A DNA stretch of 64,000 bases from Bacteroidota bacterium (lineage in GTDB: Bacteria; Bacteroidota; Ignavibacteria; SZUA-365). Made by a program: the position numbers and the translations under genes. Within the stretch, counting starts at the first letter, position 1; every line of letters begins with the position of its first letter. The notes beneath the pieces are model-generated. The model was given only the letters and a program-made list of their open reading frames with translations, did not search any database and was not told the DNA's origin. This document shows, one piece after another, positions 41,331 to 48,950 of the stretch. The stretch covers positions 42,166 to 106,165 of the forward strand of contig JBATDG010000053.1 in the NCBI GenBank assembly GCA_049663345.1, written 5' to 3'.

Positions 41331-41669
41331 ATGAGTCTCAACATCCAGGATATGATGGCCAAGGTGCAGGAGCTGCAAAGCCGCATGGGCGACGTTCAGG
41401 CAAAGCTGCGCGCTCTGGAAACCACTGCGGAAGTCGGCGGCGGCATGGTCACCGTCACGATCAACGGCAAGCAGGAAGTCAAGAAGATCAAGCTCGAGAA
41501 AAGCGTCGTTACCCCCGATGATATCGAACTGCTTGAGGATCTGATTCTTTCCGCCGTCAACAAGGCAATCGACCAGTCTCAGAAAATGGCTCAGGAAGAA
41601 ATGGGGAAAGCCACTTCCGGCATGATCCCGAATATTCCCGGGCTGGATCTCGGCAATTTGGGAATGTAA
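41331..41669 (+). CDS. ybaB: Nucleoid-associated protein YbaB/EbfC
   Basis: 112 aa with a family-typical central segment (GGGMVTVTINGKQEVKKIKL...DIELLEDLILSAVNKA). Confidence 0.9.
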   Translation: MSLNIQDMMAKVQELQSRMGDVQAKLRALETTAEVGGGMVTVTINGKQEVKKIKLEKSVVTPDDIELLEDLILSAVNKAIDQSQKMAQEEMGKATSGMIPNIPGLDLGNLGM

Positions 41670-41678
41670 CAGGCGATC

Positions 41679-42275
41679 ATGCTTTCTACCTCACCTTCCC
41701 TTGATGCGCTGATCGCAGAATTTGCACGGCTGCCGGGCATTGGACGAAAAACCGCTCAGCGCCTTGCGCTGTTCGTGCTGAAGCGTCCCCGTGAAGAAGC
41801 TGAGCAGATGGCCGCGGCGCTGCTGAGCGTCAAGGAAAACGTGCGCACCTGCTCAGTGTGCTGCAACATCACCGAGGACGACCCCTGTTCGATCTGCAGC
41901 AGCACTCGCCGCGATCACAGCGTGATCTGCGTCGTGGAGGAATCCAACGATGTATTCGCCATCGAGCGCAGCAACGAATTCCGCGGCATTTATCATGTTC
42001 TCGGTGGAAGGCTGTCGCCGCTTGAGGGGATGGGTCCTGACGACCTGCACGTACGCGAGCTGCTCGACCGTTCGCATGACGGTGTCGAGGAAATCATTCT
42101 CGCGATGAATCCCAACGTAGAGGGTGAAGCCACCACGCTGTATCTCTCGCGCCTGCTCAAGCCCATGGGCTTCCGCATAACGCGCATTGCGCGCGGCATT
42201 CCTATGGGCAGCGATCTTGAATTTACCGATGCTGCGACGATCATGCGCGCATTCGAAGGCCGTATCGCGCTGTAA
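41679..42275 (+). CDS. recR: Recombination protein RecR
   Basis: HhH motif LPGIGRKTAQRLA, a C4 zinc finger (CSVCCNI...CSIC), and a Toprim domain. Conserved ybaB-recR order. Confidence 0.95.
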   Translation: MLSTSPSLDALIAEFARLPGIGRKTAQRLALFVLKRPREEAEQMAAALLSVKENVRTCSVCCNITEDDPCSICSSTRRDHSVICVVEESNDVFAIERSNEFRGIYHVLGGRLSPLEGMGPDDLHVRELLDRSHDGVEEIILAMNPNVEGEATTLYLSRLLKPMGFRITRIARGIPMGSDLEFTDAATIMRAFEGRIAL

Positions 42276-42297
42276 CACCACCCTCCACGGACCGCCG

Positions 42298-43113
42298 ATG
42301 TCCTGGTACCAACACTGGTTTGCCGACGAACTGTACATGGAACTGTACGCGCACCGGGATGCATCGGAAGCGCGGCAGGCCATCGATCTGTTCGAACGCG
42401 TTACCGGTTTACGTCCTGAAGGAAGCAGCGCTTCTGCGAATTCACAAAGCGGTGATCACCGCGAAAATGCGGCGCGACCAAATTCAGAAACCACTTCCAC
42501 ACCACCGCAGCTGCTCGACCTTGCCTGCGGCACTGGCCGTCATTCCTTCGAGCTTGCGCGGCGCGGTTACCGCATAGCCGCAGCCGACCTTTCTCCCACC
42601 CTGCTCGCTGCAGCGGCACGCAAAACTCAGCGCTATCGCGAGCGGCTGTGGCTGGTGCGTGCGGACATGCGGCGGCTCCCTTTCGCAATATGCTTCGGTG
42701 CTGTGCTGCAGCTATTCACCGCCTTCGGATACTTCCCGAGCGACGCAGCGAACGAGGCGGTCATCGCCGGCGTTCGATCCGTACTTCTTCCCGGTGGTTG
42801 GTACATGCTCGATTTTTTGAACGCTTCCGCCGTCGCTTCTACACTGGAAGCGCGGACGGAACAGATCACTCTGAACGGAAACGTTGTGCAGGAACGCAGC
42901 ATTCGCGAGGGACGCGTGGAAAAGCGCATATCTATAACCGGCGACGACCGTGCCGAGGTATTCACCGAATCGGTGCGGCTCTTCGAGCTCGCTGATTTCG
43001 AGGGAATGTTCCTTCGCAGCGGATTTTCGCTTACGGATGTTCGCGGCAACTACGATGGATCGCCGCACAACGCGGATTCGCCGCGATGCATCATGTTTGC
43101 GAGGGCGGTATGA
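42298..43113 (+). CDS. Class I SAM-dependent methyltransferase
   Basis: Motif I LLDLACGTGRHS, a post-I acidic residue (AADLS), and motif II/III (LWLVRADMRRLPF, LLPGGWYMLDF). Start trimmed to MSWYQHWF. The stop overlaps the next start (ATGA). Confidence 0.75.
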   Translation: MSWYQHWFADELYMELYAHRDASEARQAIDLFERVTGLRPEGSSASANSQSGDHRENAARPNSETTSTPPQLLDLACGTGRHSFELARRGYRIAAADLSPTLLAAAARKTQRYRERLWLVRADMRRLPFAICFGAVLQLFTAFGYFPSDAANEAVIAGVRSVLLPGGWYMLDFLNASAVASTLEARTEQITLNGNVVQERSIREGRVEKRISITGDDRAEVFTESVRLFELADFEGMFLRSGFSLTDVRGNYDGSPHNADSPRCIMFARAV

Positions 43114-43712
43114 AACAGCATTCGCTCCGACCGTTTTTTCTCGCAGCGCTTCTGTGCTCCGGACTGTTTTCAGGCGGCTGCGGACTTTTCGAAACGCGCG
43201 ACCCCGAGCCGCCGACGAGCGGGAGTTCGATCTTCGTACCGCCGACCTCGCCCGAAATCGTGCTGAGCAACCTTGAGAACGCGATTTCGGAAAAGAACAC
43301 CGAAAACTATATTCGCTGCCTGGTGGACACGTTAAATTCCGAGCGGCGCTTTGTTTTTCTCCCGACTGCCTCGGCTTCGGGACGCTACGCTTCGGCATTT
43401 TCCGACTGGACGCTTCAATCTGAACGCGCCTGGTTCTCAGCCATCAAAGCCTTCGCGCCAAAGGACGCCCCGTCGTATCTCAATCTTCAGGGGCAGTTCG
43501 CCGTCATAGCTGCGGACTCCGCGATTTATGAAGGCAGCTACGAACTGGTCTTTCAGCATGGCGTCGCAAATGTCAGCGAAACCGTGCGCGGCAATCTTCA
43601 ATTTGTGCTGCATATCGACAGAAACTCCGTCTGGAGCATTTCGCGCTGGAACGACATTTCACTCAACGATGAAACGAGCTGGAGTGAATGGAAAGGCCGC
43701 TTCGCAAATTGA
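43110..43712 (+). CDS. Lipoprotein, unknown function (first of two tandem paralogs)
   Basis: Lipoprotein signal MKQHSLRPFFLAALLCSGLFSGGC. The C-terminal region (..LHIDRNSVWSISRWNDIS..) resembles the C-terminus of the next gene (..LDLRRANSTEPWKITQWRDES..). Confidence 0.55.
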   Translation: MKQHSLRPFFLAALLCSGLFSGGCGLFETRDPEPPTSGSSIFVPPTSPEIVLSNLENAISEKNTENYIRCLVDTLNSERRFVFLPTASASGRYASAFSDWTLQSERAWFSAIKAFAPKDAPSYLNLQGQFAVIAADSAIYEGSYELVFQHGVANVSETVRGNLQFVLHIDRNSVWSISRWNDISLNDETSWSEWKGRFAN

Positions 43713-44365
43713 TTCCCCTCGTGCCGCCGCCGGGTACGCCGTTGCGCGAACCGCCGTTTCGCGGTTCGCCTCCGGCCGGTTTGCCGCCGCACGGTTTGTC
43801 GTTGCGCAATACGCCGACGCCCGGTTCACCGCTTCGCGGATATCCGTTTCGAGGGTCGCCGTATAGGTGGGTGCTGGCGGTACTTGTGTTCGCGGCGCTG
43901 TTCGCGGCCTGCAATCCGTTCGCTCCTGCGTTGGAAGTAGACTCCGGCAGCGACGCCAGCCTGATTACCGACCAGAAAACGGTCGAGGGATTATTCCAGA
44001 ATTTCCGCTACGCCTACACTTTCAAAGACACCACGATCTACGGGGGATTGCTCGCTCAGGATTTCGTTTTCGCCTTTCGCGATTATGAACGGAAGATCGA
44101 TGAAAGCTGGGGACGCGACGAAGAGATGCGGATTACCTGGCAGCTCTTTCAGAATGCCAGCAATCTGAATCTCGTATGGAACAACATCGTCGGCTTTTCC
44201 GGCGACTCGCTTCGTTCCAGCGTCACGCGCAGCTTCAATCTTACGGTGACCTTTAATCCCAGCGATGTCATCCGTGTGGACGGCCGTGTCAGTCTCGATC
44301 TGCGGCGCGCGAATTCCACCGAACCCTGGAAGATCACACAATGGCGGGACGAATCGAATTACTGA
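43688..44365 (+). CDS. Membrane-anchored/lipoprotein paralog with an N-terminal Pro/Arg-rich repeat tail (start uncertain)
   Basis: Hydrophobic anchor plus lipobox-like ..WVLAVLVFAALFAACNP. It is preceded in frame by about 60 aa of PLRxxPFRGSP-like repeats. Alternative start at GTG 43874 gives a short signal peptide. Confidence 0.45.
   Translation: MERPLRKLIPLVPPPGTPLREPPFRGSPPAGLPPHGLSLRNTPTPGSPLRGYPFRGSPYRWVLAVLVFAALFAACNPFAPALEVDSGSDASLITDQKTVEGLFQNFRYAYTFKDTTIYGGLLAQDFVFAFRDYERKIDESWGRDEEMRITWQLFQNASNLNLVWNNIVGFSGDSLRSSVTRSFNLTVTFNPSDVIRVDGRVSLDLRRANSTEPWKITQWRDESNY
43721..43865. repeat. Imperfect tandem nucleotide repeat (units ~CCGTTGCGC..CGCCG..CGGTTCGCC) at the junction of the two paralogous lipoprotein genes
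   Basis: Repeated CGTTGCGC / TTTCGCGGTTCGCC / CTTCGCGGATATCCGTTTCGAGGGTCGCC segments that are open in several frames on both strands, which explains the spurious ORFs 43528..43866 and 43663..43914. Confidence 0.5.
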
Positions 44366-44367
44366 TC

Positions 44368-44410
44368 GTGAACAATATTCACTCTTCGTCACACAAATTC
44401 ACAGGTTCAC
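44368..44410 (+). promoter_or_regulatory. Putative enhancer (UAS) half-sites: palindrome GTGAACAATATTCAC and direct repeat TTCACAGGTTCAC about 45-85 nt upstream of the sigma-54 promoter
   Basis: Perfect 5-bp inverted arms GTGAA/TTCAC with a 5-nt spacer at 44368-44382. TTCAC repeats at 44398-44410. The position is typical of bEBP binding sites. Confidence 0.35.
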
Positions 44411-44452
44411 GCGCCGCACAGCCCAAATGGGTCAAAAATTAACCCCTCTATC

Positions 44453-44468
44453 TGGCACAATTGTTGCT
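44453..44468 (+). promoter_or_regulatory. Sigma-54 (RpoN) -24/-12 promoter, TGGCACaattgTTGCT
   Basis: Exact match to the TGGCAC-N5-TTGCW consensus with correct GG/GC spacing. Predicted TSS is about 44480. Confidence 0.55.
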
Positions 44469-44740
44469 CTTATTTTACCGGCCTCTGTAATTTCACTCTT
44501 GTTCGGAGTCTTGAATGGTCGGTCAGCAAATGATAATGGAATCCCGCCTGCGTGCGCGTTCTGGTCAGCCGTCAATCAATAGGCGTCCCCTTTCCCACTC
44601 AGGACGTTCCAGAATGAACTCCAGTTCTTTGATGCATTCTGTGTTAAAGCCATTGATGGCTTTCGGGAATGCAATCCGAACCCGCCTCCGCCTTCCTGAA
44701 TAGCTTCCTCTCTCTAATACCGGCCTCATCCAACGTTTAC

Positions 44741-44770
44741 ATATAAAACCTCCGACTTCGGAGGTTTTTT
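44741..44770 (+). terminator. Strong rho-independent terminator (AAAACCTCCGACTTCGGAGGTTTTTT)
   Basis: 7-bp GC-rich stem CCTCCGA/TCGGAGG with a CT loop, flanked by A4 and T6. It lies about 290 nt downstream of the sigma-54 promoter and about 70-95 nt upstream of the DUF1232 gene. Confidence 0.7.
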
Positions 44771-44836
44771 CTTGCCGGTCTTCGTTTTCCCTTGTACTTC
44801 TATAAATCCCCGCCTATTTTTCAACGATTGTTTAGG

Positions 44837-45265
44837 ATGATCACATTGAGGGAAGAAATCATGGACAAGGAACTCGACCAGCTTTTTGAAGAATTCGACA
44901 TCAGCGGCGCGGAAGATGAAACCATCTACCGCAAACAGGCCCATCAAGTGAACGAACAGTTTGAAGAGAAACTTGAGCGCGTCGGCAAAAAACTCCGTTT
45001 CGCTCAGGACCTCATCGCACTGTTCCGCTACTTCATGGATGCCGATGTGGCGTGGCCGCGTAAAACAGTTGTTGTTGCCGCTCTGCTGTATTTCATCTCA
45101 CCGATCGACGCAATTCCCGATCTCGCGCCGTTTGTCGGCTATCTCGATGATTTCGGAGTTATTCTCGCCGTTACGAAGTACATGTCGACTGAGCTTGCTC
45201 CGTACTACACAATTCCATCCGAGCCAAGGACCGCGCGCGAGGAAGCGTCCGCCACGCTGGACTGA
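44837..45265 (+). CDS. DUF1232 (YkvA-like) small membrane protein
   Basis: Family motif ..LLYFISPIDAIPDLAPFVGYLDDFGVIL.. Start is ambiguous (44792, 44837, or 44861). Confidence 0.65.
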   Translation: MITLREEIMDKELDQLFEEFDISGAEDETIYRKQAHQVNEQFEEKLERVGKKLRFAQDLIALFRYFMDADVAWPRKTVVVAALLYFISPIDAIPDLAPFVGYLDDFGVILAVTKYMSTELAPYYTIPSEPRTAREEASATLD

Positions 45266-45400
45266 TCGGCCTTGCCAATGGTGTCGGCTTCATTGCCCAT
45301 TGCAGAAACACGGGGACCGCGCTTGTTCGCGGCAGCACAGGGCAATATGAATTCGCACCACCATATATTTTCATTCATGTTCAATCAGGGAGACTGAACC

Positions 45401-48088
45401 ATGCAAACGCATTCCTTTGACGATGCGCTGAAAGCGCTGCAGCAGCATTTTGGATACCCGGCATTTCGTCCGGGTCAGGACAGTATTATCCAGGCGGTGC
45501 TGGAACGACGCAATGTTCTTGCCGTCATGCCTACGGGCGGCGGTAAATCCATCTGCTACCAGATTCCGGCCGTACTGTTCGACGGACTCACCATTGTTAT
45601 TTCTCCACTGATCTCTCTGATGCAGGATCAGGTGGAATCCCTTGAGCGGGCGCACATCCACGCCACGTTCATCAACTCCATGCTCGATTACAACGAGGTG
45701 ATGGCGCGGCTCGACAAGGCGCGCAACGGCTGGTACAAACTCATGTACGTCGCGCCGGAACGCTTCGAAAGCCGCACTTTCATCGAGAGGATGAAAGGCA
45801 TTCGCATCGCGATGTTCGCAGTGGACGAGGCGCATTGCATCAGCGAATGGGGACATGACTTCCGTCCCAGCTACATGCGCATGCGCGAGGCAATCAGCAC
45901 GCTCGGTTCGCCGCAGGTGGTGGCGCTCACGGCGACCGCCACGCCCGATGTGCGGAAGGACATCCAGACGCAGCTCGAACTGCGCGATCCGAAAGTGATT
46001 GTGCGCGGATTCAACCGTGAGAATCTGACATTCCGTGTGATGAACGGCGCCAACAAGCGAGACGAGGTTATCCGGGTGGCGAGCGGCGGGGACTGCGGCA
46101 TCGTCTACGCAGGAACGCGCAACTCTGTCGAGGAGCTGGCGATCATGCTTCGTTCGCACGGCATACCTGCCGAAGGCTATCACGGCGGACTCCGCAGCGC
46201 TGAACGAAAGGAAGTGCAGCAGCGCTTCATGGACGACCGCACGCGCGTCATAGTCGCAACGACTGCGTTCGGAATGGGTATCGATAAGTCCAACGTGCGC
46301 TTCGTGGTTCATCACGATATGCCGTCCACAATCGAACAGTATTATCAGGAGGCGGGACGCGCGGGACGCGATGGAAAGGACAGCATCTGCACGATGCTGT
46401 ATCACCCCAAGGATCGCGGGCTGCCCGAGTATTTCATCCGCAACACCTTCCCCGATCGCATGCTGATTCAGAAAGTGTATGCGCAGCTTCATCACTTCGC
46501 AGGCAATCAGCTGGGACAGATCTACGAGGGGCTGGTCGCTCTGTCCGCCACTTCGCTCGCATCGATGATCGGGAATGTCTCGGAAACCGCAGTCCGGGGC
46601 GCGCTCGACGTACTGGAGCGCGATGGCTACATCCGCCGCATCAACGAATCCTACGGCGACTCCACCATCCGTTTCCAGCTTTCTCCCGACCGGATGCGCA
46701 TGTGGCTGATTGAATCTGCTATGCCCGAGGTGCAGCCGGTGGCGACAGCGCTGCTGCGAACCGTCGGTGCGTCCGCGTTCTACGATCCTGTGCGATTCTC
46801 CCTCGATGAGATGGCGAACAAAAGCGGCTACAAACTCGAAGACATGATGCCTGTGCTGCATCAGCTGAATGAGGATGAAATCATAGAGTTCGTCGCCGGA
46901 CGAAAGGGAAGTGGAATCGCATTGCTTGGTCAGCGCGTGCCTTCGCAGGATCTCGCCATTGATTACGCAGCGATCGAAAAACGCATGCGGCATCAGCTCG
47001 AGAAATTACGGGCGGTGGAACATTACATTACGGGCAGCGCCTGCAGGCGCAATATGATCCTTGAATATTTCGACGAAGACACCATCACCGGCGTCTGCGG
47101 AAAATGCGACACCTGCACATCGACGGTCGTTGATCTCGGGAATGAAAGCGGGGAAGATGCTTTCGATCGCTTCCATGCATTGGTGCTTCACTGCGCCGCC
47201 GAGACCGGTGGAAGATTCGGGCGCACGACGCTCGCCGACGTGCTGCGGGGTGCGGAGACAAAGCGCATCGCACAATTCCATCTATACGAAGCCAGCTCGT
47301 ATGGAAAAATGAAAAGCGTGGATAAGCGGCTGGTGTTCGAAACGATTGATGCGCTGCTCGCCCTCGGCTGGCTCGCGCAATCGGCATCACTTCGCCCTTC
47401 GGTCTATGCCACCGAAGCAGGCCGCGCCCATCTCGGTTATGAGGTGCAGCAGCTTCGCCTGCCCTCCGCTGCGCAAACGGAAGCCGTTGCGGTGAAGGAT
47501 CCGGTCCTGTATGAGGCCCTGAAATCTGCGCGGCGACGCATGGCAGCATCGTTCAATATCCCTTCGCATACGCTGGTGTCGGATGCCGTGCTGCAGCGCA
47601 TCAGCGACGCGCGTCCCCGCACCCGCGAAGACATGCTCGGCGTTGAAGGCATGGGTCCGGTGACCTTCGAGAAATGCGGCCGGGATCTGCTTGCCGCCAT
47701 CGAGGATCACCTTCAGGAAGAACATCTGGGGAAAGGTTTGGCGAGAGAAAAGGACGCCCTGCGCGACGTGTCGGCTCCGGTACGAAGCACCTGGGAACTC
47801 GCCTCGCGCGGTTTGACGCTCACTGATATCGCTGTACGCCGCGGATTGACCGAGGGCACCGTCTCAAATCACATTTCCGAACTGCTGCAGCATGGCGTCC
47901 GGCTCGAACTCGAGCCGCTCGTGCCGAAAGCGCATCAGGAGCAGATTCGCGGCGCGGTACGACAGCTGCGCGACACCAACCTGAAAAAGATCAAGGGAGT
48001 GATCGACCCCAACATCAGCTTTGCGGAAATCCGCATCATGCTCGCTCTGTTCGAGCATGAGAAACACAGCGGAGATACTGCACGCTGA
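45401..48088 (+). CDS. recQ: ATP-dependent DNA helicase RecQ (extended 895-aa form: helicase core, inserted WH-like segment, Zn-binding, WH, HRDC, C-terminal HTH-type extension)
   Basis: Motifs FRPGQ, MPTGGGKS (Walker A), DEAH (VDEAHCISEWGHDFR), TATA (LTATAT), QE(A)GRAGRDG, and a Cys4 Zn cluster (CRRN...CGKCDTC). HRDC-like segment (PVLYEALKSARRRMAASFNIPSHTLVSDAVL...). An extra ~130-aa C-terminus has an HTH-like LTLTDIAVRRGLTEGTVSNHISELL. Confidence 0.95.
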   Translation: MQTHSFDDALKALQQHFGYPAFRPGQDSIIQAVLERRNVLAVMPTGGGKSICYQIPAVLFDGLTIVISPLISLMQDQVESLERAHIHATFINSMLDYNEVMARLDKARNGWYKLMYVAPERFESRTFIERMKGIRIAMFAVDEAHCISEWGHDFRPSYMRMREAISTLGSPQVVALTATATPDVRKDIQTQLELRDPKVIVRGFNRENLTFRVMNGANKRDEVIRVASGGDCGIVYAGTRNSVEELAIMLRSHGIPAEGYHGGLRSAERKEVQQRFMDDRTRVIVATTAFGMGIDKSNVRFVVHHDMPSTIEQYYQEAGRAGRDGKDSICTMLYHPKDRGLPEYFIRNTFPDRMLIQKVYAQLHHFAGNQLGQIYEGLVALSATSLASMIGNVSETAVRGALDVLERDGYIRRINESYGDSTIRFQLSPDRMRMWLIESAMPEVQPVATALLRTVGASAFYDPVRFSLDEMANKSGYKLEDMMPVLHQLNEDEIIEFVAGRKGSGIALLGQRVPSQDLAIDYAAIEKRMRHQLEKLRAVEHYITGSACRRNMILEYFDEDTITGVCGKCDTCTSTVVDLGNESGEDAFDRFHALVLHCAAETGGRFGRTTLADVLRGAETKRIAQFHLYEASSYGKMKSVDKRLVFETIDALLALGWLAQSASLRPSVYATEAGRAHLGYEVQQLRLPSAAQTEAVAVKDPVLYEALKSARRRMAASFNIPSHTLVSDAVLQRISDARPRTREDMLGVEGMGPVTFEKCGRDLLAAIEDHLQEEHLGKGLAREKDALRDVSAPVRSTWELASRGLTLTDIAVRRGLTEGTVSNHISELLQHGVRLELEPLVPKAHQEQIRGAVRQLRDTNLKKIKGVIDPNISFAEIRIMLALFEHEKHSGDTAR

Positions 48089-48226
48089 ACCAGCCGCGTT
48101 CCATGTTATCCTCAACTCAAGCGACAGGTATAGCCGCTAGAGATTGTTCAGGATCTATATCCGCTTCGGCCGAACCGAGCCGGGAGCGCTTCTGGTACAG
48201 CTTGCGCAGGCCTATCGGAATCCGCC

Positions 48227-48490
48227 TTAAGCGTAATGATATCGCGCCTGAAGAAAATCAATTCGCGCATCGCCTACGCTGTACACCAGGCGGTGTTCCT
48301 GTGCGATGCGGCGGGACCAGCATCCGGCAAGCAAATATTTCAGCGGTTCGGGTTTGCCTCTGCCTGCGAATGGATCGCGCAATACATCCTGAACAAGCAC
48401 GAGAATTCTCAGGGCAGTTTTGCGGTCGGTTTCTACCCACCAGCGCAAGTCTTCGAGGAACTCGGGGTGAAACACCGCTTCGCGCAACAT
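48227..48490 (-). CDS. yoeB: YoeB/Txe-family toxin (mRNA interferase); the ORF is open for a further 51 codons upstream to 48643
   Basis: MLREAVFHPEFLEDLRWWVETDRKTALRI...DPFAGRGKPEPLKYLLAGCWSRRIAQEHRLVYSV...ARYHY aligns along its whole length with E. coli YoeB (..[32 protein letters not shown]..CRYHY). Confidence 0.85.
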   Translation of the reverse strand: MLREAVFHPEFLEDLRWWVETDRKTALRILVLVQDVLRDPFAGRGKPEPLKYLLAGCWSRRIAQEHRLVYSVGDARIDFLQARYHYA

Positions 48491-48623
48491 CGGCGCGTTG
48501 CCTCTCTTCAAACCCGGGGCCGGCTTCTTTATCGCTGCAGCGGCTTTGTTCTTCGCTGCCTTCGGCGGCTTCGGGCTGCTTTCAGACGTCTGCGGTCCTT
48601 CTCCGGGTTTATTCGTCCCGGCG

Positions 48624-48914
48624 TTATGCTTTTTCTTCGTCAAGTCCCACTCGCTTGCGCAGCGTATCGATCGAGACCGGATGGCCCTTGCCTTCTTTCG
48701 CTCTGAGCAGCGCTTTCATCAGCCGTTGAGCATTTTTGTCAGAGCGGAGAAGATGCGCGGTTTCGAGAAGTCCCGAGAGTTCATCCGCTGCGATAAGTGC
48801 AACATCGCCCGCATTGCGCCGCGTAATGATCGCAGGCTCCCGCGAAGCGAGCACCTCGTCGCATAATGCCGCAAGAGTCTCCCGGGCATGGGTGTACGTT
48901 ATGGTCTTTGTCAT
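48624..48914 (-). CDS. yefM: YefM/Phd-family antitoxin
   Basis: MTKTITYTHARETLAALCDEV...AIITRRNAGDVALIAADELSGLLETAHLLRSDKNAQRLMKAL closely parallels E. coli YefM ([63 protein letters not shown]). Confidence 0.85.
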   Translation of the reverse strand: MTKTITYTHARETLAALCDEVLASREPAIITRRNAGDVALIAADELSGLLETAHLLRSDKNAQRLMKALLRAKEGKGHPVSIDTLRKRVGLDEEKA

Positions 48915-48950
48915 GGCAATTCCTGATATGTACAGGAATAATGTACAGGT

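Noticed and set aside
43721-43865. Repeat block considered as a CRISPR array or minisatellite
   Set aside because: Repeats are imperfect, contiguous without unique spacers, and lie within a coding frame encoding PLRxxPFRGSP units. There are no cas genes. Recorded as a coding tandem repeat instead.
44265-44582. 105-aa + strand ORF spanning the lipoprotein gene's 3' end through the sigma-54 promoter
   Set aside because: It overlaps a supported gene out of frame and reads through the promoter elements. Its composition is not protein-like.
44480-44770. Possible tmRNA (ssrA): codons GCA AAT GAT AAT resemble the start of an ANDENYALAA tag
   Set aside because: The frame continues GIPPACAFWSAVNQ* with no ALAA/LAA-type ending. 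No tRNA-like T-arm or GGTTCGANTCC...CCA 3' end could be found on either strand. Retained only as a generic sRNA candidate.
45371-46993. 540-aa - strand ORF antisense to recQ; also 31680..33302 (+) antisense to lptF, 25720..26766 (+) antisense to ftsK, 4007..4783 (+) antisense to the OmpA gene, 51119..52831 (+) antisense to the S9 peptidase, 35068..35943 (-) antisense to sprA
   Set aside because: Each overlaps a well-supported motif-bearing gene on the opposite strand and shows low-complexity Arg/His/Ala-rich composition. These are GC-driven open frames, not genes.
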